Position numbers and translations under genes: made by a program. Positions 42,938 through 51,857 of a stretch of 64,000 nucleotides of DNA are shown one piece after another (the first letter of the stretch is position 1; the number at the start of each line of letters is the position of its first letter). Where the stretch lies: positions 32,001 to 96,000 of the IMG/VR virus record IMGVR_UViG_3300021431_000079, one strand, 5' to 3'. The stretch is from a virus (Duplodnaviria; Caudoviricetes). The notes under the pieces are model-generated. The model was given only the letters and a program-made list of their open reading frames with translations. It was not told where the DNA came from and did no database searches.

Positions 42938-44443
42938 ATGAATTTTTATAACATGATGGAGAATCAGGTTAAAACTACGAAGAGCCTTACTGAAAATGGA
43001 GCAATTGCTTACAAAACCTCTGGGAGTGAACTGCTTGATTATAATTTTCATGTAAGCGCATTAAGAGCAAAGAGCGAAGCTGAAATTCAGGCAATGTTCG
43101 AAAGAGCGTTCTATGAGGATAAGATCGCCGCTCTCAGATATCTCTTTTATCTTGGTGATATCAGGGAGGGAATTGGTGAAAGAAAGCAGTTCAGAGCTTG
43201 TATGAGTTACCTTATTCAGTATCATACTGATATAGCTCTTGCTGTCATGCCTTTTATTCCTGAGTACAACAGGTTTGATTCTCTCATGGTATTTGTAGAG
43301 AATAAGAACACTCATGATGTGGCTATTGAGTTCCTGAAGAAGCAAATAGAGACTGATAAGAGGAATATGAAAGAAGGAAAGCCAGTCTCATTATGTGCAA
43401 AATGGATGCCAAGTGAGAATGCGTCTTCAAAAAGAACCAGAGAGCTTGCAAGGAATATCATTAGTAGTTTTAAATGGTCTGAAAGTAAATATAGAAAGAC
43501 ACTTTCTGCACTCCGTGATTTTATCGGGGTAACTGAGGTGTTCATGAGTGCCGGGAAATGGGCATCCATCGACTACTCAAAAGTCCCATCAAAGGCGAAT
43601 TTGATCTATCAGGGTGCATTCCTCAGAAACGACAAGGAGAGGAGAGAAGCCTATCTGGAATCTCTTAAAAACGGCACTACAAAGATCAACGCAAAGGTAT
43701 TACAGCCTCATGAGATTGTTTATAATTACGCGAGGGATATACATGGGGTGAACACTGCATACGAGGAGATGTGGAAAAATCTTCCTGCATATACATTGGA
43801 TAATGTACTTGTGGTAAGAGACGGATCTTACTCTATGACTGGTGGTTTTGGAATAAGCTATCGTCCTCTTGATGTTGCTACTGCTCTTGCTATTTATATG
43901 GCAGATCATAACTCAAGTGAATGGAAGAATAAGTTCATTACGTTCTCTTCTTCTCCTAAAATCGTTGATCTTTCTAACTGCAAGACTCTTAGAGACAAGA
44001 TTAGGAAAACATACGCAGAGGATGATTGCAGTAACACCAACATCTATAAGACAATGAAGCTTATACTTAATACAGCTATCGAAAATAATGTTTCTCAGGA
44101 AGAAATGCCCAAAATGGTTGTCATTTGTTCTGATATGCAGTTTGACGGACGCTACGAACGCTATTTTAATTATAATAAAAGCCTATTTGATACAATTAAA
44201 GATGAGTATAAGGAACATGGTTATCTTCTTCCGAAGATTTGTTTTTGGAATCTGAGTGGAAACGTAGATAATACAATCCCAATGCAGGAGAATGATCTTG
44301 GAATGATTCTTTGTAGCGGATTTAGTGTTCATCTTCTTAAGATGTTCATGAGCAATCAGTTAGATCCGTACAAGATTCTTTTAGATGCAATCAACCAGAA
44401 GAGATACGACCCGATTGAGAATGCCGTAAAGCATCTGGTATAA
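42938..44443 (+). CDS. DUF2828-family protein (helical N-terminal region plus C-terminal vWA; Ro60/TROVE-like architecture)
   Basis: LTENGA, DIREGIGER, CAKWMPSE, IDYSKVPSKA, MIDAS VRDGSYSM...NTN...SDMQFD, FWNL, SGFS; AAGGAGG RBS. Confidence 0.85.
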   Translation: MNFYNMMENQVKTTKSLTENGAIAYKTSGSELLDYNFHVSALRAKSEAEIQAMFERAFYEDKIAALRYLFYLGDIREGIGERKQFRACMSYLIQYHTDIALAVMPFIPEYNRFDSLMVFVENKNTHDVAIEFLKKQIETDKRNMKEGKPVSLCAKWMPSENASSKRTRELARNIISSFKWSESKYRKTLSALRDFIGVTEVFMSAGKWASIDYSKVPSKANLIYQGAFLRNDKERREAYLESLKNGTTKINAKVLQPHEIVYNYARDIHGVNTAYEEMWKNLPAYTLDNVLVVRDGSYSMTGGFGISYRPLDVATALAIYMADHNSSEWKNKFITFSSSPKIVDLSNCKTLRDKIRKTYAEDDCSNTNIYKTMKLILNTAIENNVSQEEMPKMVVICSDMQFDGRYERYFNYNKSLFDTIKDEYKEHGYLLPKICFWNLSGNVDNTIPMQENDLGMILCSGFSVHLLKMFMSNQLDPYKILLDAINQKRYDPIENAVKHLV

Positions 44444-44453
44444 AAAAATAAAA

Positions 44454-44521
44454 AAGACGCATACAGCAAAATTATATTCTGGAATAGCCTTTTAAACTAT
44501 GAACCAAAATAAAGCGTCTTG
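44454..44521 (+). ncRNA. ACAGCAA stem element 5, directly downstream of DUF2828
   Basis: aagacgc-atACAGCAA...gcgtctt-G; inner atag-c-CTTTTAA-a-ctat. Confidence 0.85.
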
Positions 44522-44751
44522 TATAAAGGAAGCGTTTGCCGTGAAAGGCGGCTTGGTACAGTATGCCAATATAATACTGGTAGTGTGAGTGAGCAGTTAG
44601 GTCTCTGTTAGAAGCAACGCAACCATCTCTCACGCATGAGTTTTCATAAAAAGATCAAACTGAGTAGTGAAGATAAAGCCATTTGATATCCCCACTGTAC
44701 GAAACTTTATTCTTCGTCCGTACAACAGGAATAAAGTTGTGGACAAAAGTA

Positions 44752-44819
44752 TACCTTGTAGTTCAACGGAGAGAATACCTCTTTGGAGGAGATGCAGAGT
44801 TCGAGTCCTGCCATAGGAA
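44752..44819 (+). pseudogene. Degenerate tRNA (4-nt anticodon loop)
   Basis: tagttcaacggagagaat D-arm, cctc-tttg-gagg, gttcgagtcctgc T-arm remnant. Confidence 0.5.
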
Positions 44820-44961
44820 GCTTTTGTAAAAGATATTGAATGAAAACACTGTATAACATATTAGCAATGCCGGTCGCATATAAATTAGACCCCTGATAAG
44901 TGTTTGCGCAGACTGAACTCAGGTACAGTGTCTACAGATGAAAGGCTGTGGCTCAGTTTAT

Positions 44962-45037
44962 GCTTTCATAGCACAATTGGTAGTGCAGTTGATTTGTAAT
45001 CAACAGGTTGGGGGTTCGAGTCCCCGTGGCATCACCA
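44962..45037 (+). tRNA. tRNA-Thr(TGT) with a poorly paired acceptor stem and encoded CCA
   Basis: gttga-TTTGTAA-tcaac; acceptor gctttca/tggcatc has two mismatches. Confidence 0.65.
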
Positions 45038-45184
45038 TTGGCAATACAGGTTTCGGTGTAAGTCCGTGTAATGTTGCTCCTACCAAAATCCCGAATGGAG
45101 ACCCCCTGAAAAAAAAATTGAATCGGCTTGGGGATATGCTGATTCTTGTAGACCGGATTTTAAGCCTTTTTGCTGGTCTATTAT

Positions 45185-45257
45185 GCGGTAGTAGCGCAAT
45201 TGGTAGCGCATCACCTTGCCAAGGTGGAGGTTGTTGGTTCGAGTCCAACTGGGAGCT
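45185..45257 (+). tRNA. tRNA-Gly(GCC)-like with a broken acceptor stem
   Basis: cacc-TTGCCAA-ggtg; D and T arms intact; acceptor gcggtag/tgggagc mostly unpaired. Confidence 0.55.
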
Positions 45258-45445
45258 TGGGATAGTAACAAGATTACTATCATGTATGATGAAATATGTG
45301 ATTGGGTTGGTGACAGTCACATATGGAGTACGATGTTGGTTAAGCAGTTACCTAAAGCCAACTAAGGTCTTAGACTGAAAGAAAATGCTTGAACAAAAGG
45401 AATTTCCTTTTACCTACAAATTGTTTACAAGGAGTAGGGTTTTAC

Positions 45446-45519
45446 TGGGACGTGGCGCAACCGGTGAGCGCAGTGGTCTTATAAACCAAAGGCTGGGAGT
45501 TCGAGTCTCCTCGTCCCGA
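45446..45519 (+). tRNA. tRNA-Ile(TAT)
   Basis: tgggacg/cgtcccg acceptor; tggt-CTTATAA-acca. Confidence 0.8.
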
Positions 45520-45523
45520 TTTA

Positions 45524-45617
45524 AAGGTACATACAGCAAATTAGATATAATTCTTAAAAGTATTTAAATTGTAGTTATCTTTATTTTATTTTTTTTAAAA
45601 ATTGTAAACGTGCCTTG
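45524..45617 (+). ncRNA. ACAGCAA stem element 6
   Basis: aaggtac-atACAGCAA...gtgcctt-G (one U-G pair). Confidence 0.75.
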
Positions 45618-45622
45618 CATAT

Positions 45623-45684
45623 GAGACGCTAACAGCAAATATTTTTTTTATAACAAAAGCTGACAAGTGTTATTAAGCGTCTCG
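45623..45684 (+). ncRNA. ACAGCAA stem element 7
   Basis: gagacgc-taACAGCAA...gcgtctc-G. Confidence 0.8.
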
Positions 45685-45969
45685 TCTCCCTTTGCTCGAC
45701 AAGGGCAGTGCGCACAGAGTTGATCGTCTGTGCTATGTTACAAATTTGTCTACGTTAAACACCTAAGAGATTGAGTGTTTCAAACATCCGCAGATATCCG
45801 CAGAGTGGGGATAAATAAAAATAGTCTTCGAAATCTGTTACGCTTCACTTAACGTAGATCTAAGTTGTAACAAAAAATAAAAGAATGTGAGGTATAAACC
45901 GATGGGCTATTAATCCAACTTAGTTTGGTAAGCAGTTTGCGGTCTGCTAAATAAAAAAACCGCATCTAT

Positions 45970-46044
45970 TGGGGTGTAGTTCAGTTTGGTTAGAACGCTG
46001 CGCTTGGGACGCAGAGGTCGTGGGTTCGAATCCCACCACTCCAA
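45970..46044 (+). tRNA. tRNA-Pro(TGG)
   Basis: ctgcg-CTTGGGA-cgcag; canonical cloverleaf. Confidence 0.95.
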
Positions 46045-46050
46045 CTATAA

Positions 46051-46123
46051 GTGCCAATAGCTTAGTTGGTAAAGCACATGACTTTTAATCATGGGAGCGT
46101 GGGTTCAAGTCCCACTTGGCACA
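46051..46123 (+). tRNA. tRNA-Lys(TTT)
   Basis: catga-CTTTTAA-tcatg; canonical cloverleaf. Confidence 0.95.
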
Positions 46124-46141
46124 TTAAGGTCTGTAATTTAT

Positions 46142-46214
46142 TGCTCCTTCGCCAAGCGGTAAGGCACAGGACTTTGACTCCTGCATTACACTGGTTCGAA
46201 TCCAGTAGGGGCAG
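46142..46214 (+). tRNA. tRNA-Gln(TTG)
   Basis: cagga-CTTTGAC-tcctg; canonical cloverleaf. Confidence 0.95.
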
Positions 46215-46406
46215 TTTTGGTTATATAAAAAATGATAAAGGAGGAAATTATGACAGACATCAGATTGAAACTTGCACCACTTTGGATTACGTGAAAATGT
46301 ATTGAATGGAGTGTATTTCAATACAGATGTTGAGCATGGTTATCTTGGTAAACCGTTTGGTGAATAGCCTTAATGATATAAAAATAATAAAATAAATTAA
46401 AAAATA

Positions 46407-46483
46407 GAGACACATACAGCAACAAAAACAGAATAAATCTATATTATAATATTATAATCCAATCAATACTTCCAAGTGTCTCG
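46407..46483 (+). ncRNA. ACAGCAA stem element 8
   Basis: gagacac-atACAGCAA...gtgtctc-G. Confidence 0.8.
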
Positions 46484-47861
46484 TGATAAAATAGAAAAAA
46501 TCAGAGGTATAAAATGACATACATGCGTTTGATTAATTATTGTACTCGCCGTGATGGTAATTGTAAGAAGTGTGCTTATACAAAGTATTGCAATCAGTAC
46601 AAGAAGTTATTTGACGGTGACATTCCGTTAGACGATGATGAGTTTCACCCTGATAGATATATTAAAAAAGAAATTATACTTGAGGAATAATTAAGTTATG
46701 AAAAGCAAAATTGCAAAGACCGATAATAGCACCTTTAGAAATATAAATATAATCATAAAAGTATTTCTAATTATAGCTATTATCGGTTTTTTATTTGGAA
46801 GCCTGACAGTAGATAGTCAGTCTAAGATACCGTTGATTGTCCTTATTATTTCTTCCTCATGGATTGCTTTGTGTTTCTTACACTTTATAAGCATACACCT
46901 TCTGTTTGAGGAGAATGTCGTAATGTCACCAGAAGAATTTCAGGATAATTTTATGGATAATTAATAATAGCAAAAAGGGGTAACATGAATGGATTAGTAA
47001 TAGCAATTATTATAGTCGTGTTTATTATAATCGCAATTATAGATTATGCTTGCTGTGTTATGAGCGGAATAGATGAAGAGCGATGTAATAGAGAACGAGA
47101 GAAGCGAGAGAAACATAAGAATGACGAACTTTGAATTATGGGTTAAAGCTTGTGAAGTATTTGATGATCAAATATATAAGCTCACCAAGAATCAGGAAGA
47201 TGGTCATGGTGTTTATCAGACTATAAAAGAATACTTTCCACCGAAAAGCTATAATACTATGAGATGTGTGATGTATCATTTATGGTGGCATGGAAAACAT
47301 GAAGTGGTGGGTAGCGATTATTACAGCATAATCAATTTATTCGAGAAAAGAGAAAAAGATGGATACGTTAGAACTGAGTAAATATAAATATATATATAAA
47401 GTAATTGTTAACACTGACGCTGAAATTGATAAATATAATATATATAAATATCCAATAGTATATATCAGCAAAGAGTTTGTATATTATCCTGAACATGAGC
47501 ACGGTGAACTTATAAAGATTCATAATGAGTGTACAAATGATTTACATAACGAGTTTATTTGCATAAAGGGTGCAACATCGAGATCATTGTTTGGCAAGGA
47601 ACACACATATTATTATATATCATATAAAAAAGTAGACAGAGAGCAAATAAAAGAAGCCATAAGTCAGATTATAAATAAAATTTCTATAGAAGAAAGAAGT
47701 ATAGAAATTGAAAATTTAGAAAAGCGAATCAAAGATTTAAAATCTCAAATAAATATGCTCGATGCTGATCTTAAAAAACAGAAAGAAGATATGGTCGAGA
47801 TGAAGCATACAGAAAACATAAAACTTGTAGAAGAACTGCTTAATAAGGGAATGATATAAAT

Positions 47862-49163
47862 ATGGACACAGTAATTAAACTATTTGATAAAATTAAAAAC
47901 ACACGAAGTCGAAACGAGAAGATTGATATAATCAAATCTAATAAAGACAACGAATTGTTTATCGAGGATCTGAAATTTCTGTTAGACCCATCTGTGATCA
48001 CTGGGATATCTGCATCAAAACTCAAGAAGGATGTCGGTGTAATTAACGCAATAGAAATTAAAAATCTTCAAACTGAAAGAAGATCATGGTTCGCATTAAA
48101 ATCATGGTTGCTTGATCATCCGACAGGAACAAAACGTGAGATTGTTGCATGTCAGAAATTCTTAAAATCTGTTCCAGAAGATCATAGAGAATTTTATGAG
48201 CAGATGATTACCAAGAAGTATCGTCTTGGGTGTGATTGTAAAACCGTCAATGAAGCTATTCCGGGATTGATCAAAGTCTATGAGACTCAGCAAGCTTATC
48301 CCATTTCAGATAAGAACAGGCCAAAATCTGGTGAATGGTTCTCTCTTTCTGAAAAGCTGAATGGAATTAATGGTGGATTCATAAATGGTAAATGCTTATC
48401 TCGTCAGGGTAAACCCATCTCAGGAATGCAGCACATTATCTCAGACTTAGAGAAGCTTGGGCTTCAGAACTACTATGTGAACGGTGAGTTGATCAGATAT
48501 AACCATGATAATATTCCAGATGATGAGAATTTTCAGTTGACTACATCAATTGTAAACAGTGATTCGAATACACCGAAGAGAGAGATTCACTTTATCTTTT
48601 ACGAGATTATTCCTCTTGATGAGTTTTATGCAGGAAAATCCAAGCTGAAGTACAGTGAAAGACTGAAGGTTTACAAGAAGATTGCGCTCAAGATTGAAAA
48701 TGAAAAATTAAAATACATTCACTTTGTTGATCAATATTATGATGGTAAGAGTCAGAAAGAAATTCAGGAATGGCTTGACTGGGCTGACTCACATAACAAA
48801 GAGGGGATTATGCTCAACAAGGACACTTATTGGGAAGCAAAGAGGAACAATGGTCTTCTTAAGGTTAAGACATTTAAGTCATGCGATATAAGATGCATTG
48901 GAGTAGAAGAAGGTGATGGTAAAAATTCAGGAACACTTGGAAGGATTAACTGCGACTATAAGGGTAATGTTTTGGGTGTTGGGTCTGGTTTTACTGATGA
49001 ACAGCGTGATTATTTTTGGAAGTATCCAGAAGAAATCATCGGAAAGATAGTTACAGTAAAGTATAAAACAGAAACAAAGAATAAACAAAATGGTGTTTCT
49101 GTACAGTTCCCTGTTTTTGTTTGCGTTAGAAAAGATAAGAATACGGAGAGTTACGAAAATTAA
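47862..49163 (+). CDS. ATP-dependent DNA ligase
   Basis: SEKLNG motif I, VNGEL, EGIML, LLKVK, VGSGF, QFPVFVCVRKDK. Confidence 0.9.
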   Translation: MDTVIKLFDKIKNTRSRNEKIDIIKSNKDNELFIEDLKFLLDPSVITGISASKLKKDVGVINAIEIKNLQTERRSWFALKSWLLDHPTGTKREIVACQKFLKSVPEDHREFYEQMITKKYRLGCDCKTVNEAIPGLIKVYETQQAYPISDKNRPKSGEWFSLSEKLNGINGGFINGKCLSRQGKPISGMQHIISDLEKLGLQNYYVNGELIRYNHDNIPDDENFQLTTSIVNSDSNTPKREIHFIFYEIIPLDEFYAGKSKLKYSERLKVYKKIALKIENEKLKYIHFVDQYYDGKSQKEIQEWLDWADSHNKEGIMLNKDTYWEAKRNNGLLKVKTFKSCDIRCIGVEEGDGKNSGTLGRINCDYKGNVLGVGSGFTDEQRDYFWKYPEEIIGKIVTVKYKTETKNKQNGVSVQFPVFVCVRKDKNTESYEN

Positions 49164-49361
49164 AAATGAGCAAAACGAGTAAATATAAGTGCAATAAATG
49201 CGACAATTGTTTTTGGTATTGGTCTGGATCATATGACAAGATTTGTCATAACCAAATGGTTACAAGCTTAAATATAGAAAACAGATATGAAGATGATTGT
49301 GTATTCTTTGAAGATAAATTTATTGGTAATGCCAAGGCAAGAGATGTGACAGAGGATTATT

Positions 49362-50081
49362 ATGATGGAAGATGGTGAGAAAAAATGCATTATACAGAAT
49401 AGGGTTATTGATTTGGCAAGGAATCCACCAAAACCAAAACCAAATTTAACTCATTCTCTTATGCATGACATTATTTTTATTGATTGTGTAATTAAGCCGC
49501 GTTGTTTTTATGTCTATTGCAATCAGATATTCCGATGTGAATTTATTAATTGCAGATTTTGTAATAAAGCATTTTATGGTTGTTCAATTCGCTCCTGTTC
49601 ATTTAGTAATATTACTTTAACAGATGAACCAAGAGAATGTATGTATATGTGTAATTTTTATGATTGTCAATTAGACGAAGAGCTTCAAAATAAATTTGAT
49701 ACAACAAACCCATGCTTGTACAACGGTGCAATTACTGGTTGGAAGAAAGCTTACTTATTTAATGATCAATATTTACATCAATATAAAGCATATGTAATTA
49801 TAAAACTAATGATCCCAGAAGATGCTAATAAAGTATGTGGGTATAGCAATAAGTGTAGATGTGATAAAGCAGTCGTAGTTGAGATTCAAACTATGAGCGG
49901 AGATGTATTAGGATTTGATTTAAAAAATCGTGTATGTTCTATGTATAATGAGTCATTTTTATATAATGTTGGCGATATTGTAAAACCTGAGTATGATTTT
50001 GATCCTAATCCATTGAATGAATGTTCAAGTGGAATCCACTTTTTTACAAAGCGAGAAGATGCAGTTGTATACAAATATTAA
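49362..50081 (+). CDS. Pentapeptide-repeat-like protein with a DUF5758-type C-terminus
   Basis: Cys/Phe 5-residue repeats; GWKKA, KCRCDKA, NECSSGIHFF. Confidence 0.65.
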   Translation: MMEDGEKKCIIQNRVIDLARNPPKPKPNLTHSLMHDIIFIDCVIKPRCFYVYCNQIFRCEFINCRFCNKAFYGCSIRSCSFSNITLTDEPRECMYMCNFYDCQLDEELQNKFDTTNPCLYNGAITGWKKAYLFNDQYLHQYKAYVIIKLMIPEDANKVCGYSNKCRCDKAVVVEIQTMSGDVLGFDLKNRVCSMYNESFLYNVGDIVKPEYDFDPNPLNECSSGIHFFTKREDAVVYKY

Positions 50082-50105
50082 TATTATGAAAGTGAGTAAA
50101 GAAAA

Positions 50106-50741
50106 ATGAATATGAATATGTTTAACGGAATGTTTGGAAAGATTGAATCTGGAATGTGTAGGCTGTCAATGAATGGTGATATTGCGGTGAAAACTTCAAG
50201 TGGATTTAAGTATTATAATCTTAAGTCTGGGAGATTGGTCAACTGTGATAACTTTGCTTTTGACATTGGAGAGGATTTCTTCTTTGTGATCCCAACAAAC
50301 CATGTATCTACTGGTGATATTATTCTGGTTAATGGCAAGCCGAGATGTGTAAAGAAGGTTGAAAAAGATTTGATTGTTGTTATTAACTATGAAGACAACA
50401 CTATTGATACCATTCTTCCTGAGAGACACGTACTCATGGGGAAGACATATTTCTATGGCAAGATCATTTCCATGCTTGGCAACAACCTATTTAAGGGTGG
50501 AAAAGGTAAGGGACTTAACGGCATGATGAAGTACATGATGCTGTCTGAAATGATGAAGAGTGGTTTTGGAAACAACGGAGCTTCTGGTGCAACAGGAATG
50601 AATAGTATCTTACCTATGATGATGATGTTTGGTGGTGGTAACTCTGAAGGGATGTTTGATGGAATTTTTGATTTTGATTTTGAATCAGAATTAAATAATT
50701 CAGATGAAGATGATGAAACTGAAGAGGATGATTTGAAGTAA
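50106..50741 (+). CDS. Hypothetical protein with a Met/Gly-rich C-terminus
   Basis: 211-aa ORF upstream of the vWA gene. Confidence 0.75.
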   Translation: MNMNMFNGMFGKIESGMCRLSMNGDIAVKTSSGFKYYNLKSGRLVNCDNFAFDIGEDFFFVIPTNHVSTGDIILVNGKPRCVKKVEKDLIVVINYEDNTIDTILPERHVLMGKTYFYGKIISMLGNNLFKGGKGKGLNGMMKYMMLSEMMKSGFGNNGASGATGMNSILPMMMMFGGGNSEGMFDGIFDFDFESELNNSDEDDETEEDDLK

Positions 50742-50968
50742 TGCATGAGTATTTGGGAGATTAGTTTTGAAATAAGCTCTAAATTAAATACAAATAATGT
50801 AAATAATGAAAATGTATATGGTTATTTTACTATAGTCGGAAGTTGTTATATTGAAGCGGCAGATATAGAAACAGCCATAAAATCAGCTAAGTCAGAGCTT
50901 TCAGTGTTTTCCAATGGCACTATATTTATTAACGGTGCTAAAAGCGTTTAAATAGGAGAAATAAAAAT

Positions 50969-51853
50969 ATGGGAAGTAGTTCATGGAGTACAAGAGACTT
51001 TGCCTCGTATAGTACATCAAAAGGATACACGGTAACAACAAGTACAACAAGTGGGTATACAAAATTATCACTTGATGGAATAAGTGATGCGAAACAGATG
51101 TATACCGCATATAAAGTTGATGCGGCACTAAATCCTCATAATGTTATGAGGGAATGTAGGGATTCTGAGGAACATCCAAATACATTACCTATTATACTGG
51201 CACTGGATGTGACAGGTTCAATGAGTGATTGTTTGATGGAAGTCGCATCGTCTCTGAATGAAATTATAAGCAAGTTACTGAGTGAAACTATTGCAGACGT
51301 AGAAATTTGTGTAATGGCAATTGGTGATCTCGCATATGATAAAGGAGCGATTCAGATCGGACAGTTTGAGTCTGATATTAGAATCGCAGAACAGCTTGAT
51401 AAGATATGGTTTGAACAGGGTGGCGGTGGAAATTCTTATGAATCATATACAGCGGCATGGTATATGGGAGCAAAACATACAGATTTAGATTGTTGGAAGC
51501 GTGGTAAAAAGGGCGTTATTATCACTTTTGGTGATGAAGAATTGAACCCATATTTACCAAAAGGCAAGCTTAATATATTAACTGGTGATACGCTTCAGTC
51601 AGACATTGAGACAAATGATCTGTATAATGAGGTATGTAAAAAATATGATGTATATCATATCTTTGTTGATCATAATTCCCACACACACCGTAGATGCGAA
51701 CAGGATTCTCAAACATTCAAAAAGGTGATTGGTGATGATCATGTTTTAATTAGTTCTGTTAATGAACTGTCTAATAACATTACTGAGATCATAAAAAGAA
51801 ATACAAATGATATTAACAGAGTGAATTATTATACTGGTGGAATTAGTTGGTGA
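50969..51853 (+). CDS. vWA domain protein
   Basis: LALDVTGSM MIDAS, GGGGNSYESY, TFGDE. Confidence 0.8.
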   Translation: MGSSSWSTRDFASYSTSKGYTVTTSTTSGYTKLSLDGISDAKQMYTAYKVDAALNPHNVMRECRDSEEHPNTLPIILALDVTGSMSDCLMEVASSLNEIISKLLSETIADVEICVMAIGDLAYDKGAIQIGQFESDIRIAEQLDKIWFEQGGGGNSYESYTAAWYMGAKHTDLDCWKRGKKGVIITFGDEELNPYLPKGKLNILTGDTLQSDIETNDLYNEVCKKYDVYHIFVDHNSHTHRRCEQDSQTFKKVIGDDHVLISSVNELSNNITEIIKRNTNDINRVNYYTGGISW

Positions 51854-51857
51854 CGAA

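Noticed and set aside
44890-44945. Second hammerhead (CTGATAA ... GAAA)
   Set aside because: The core deviates from CUGANGA and the required stems I-III cannot be formed.
41993-46321. ORFs overlapping the tRNA island (41993, 42207, 42292, 42353, 44938, 45000, 45385, 46066)
   Set aside because: They overlap tRNA or ncRNA genes and lack an RBS; spurious.
41830-46483. ACAGCAA elements as a CRISPR array or as intrinsic terminators
   Set aside because: The copies are dispersed, differ in stem sequence with compensatory changes and have no regular spacers or cas operon. The loops are too long for terminators and there are no 3' U-tracts.
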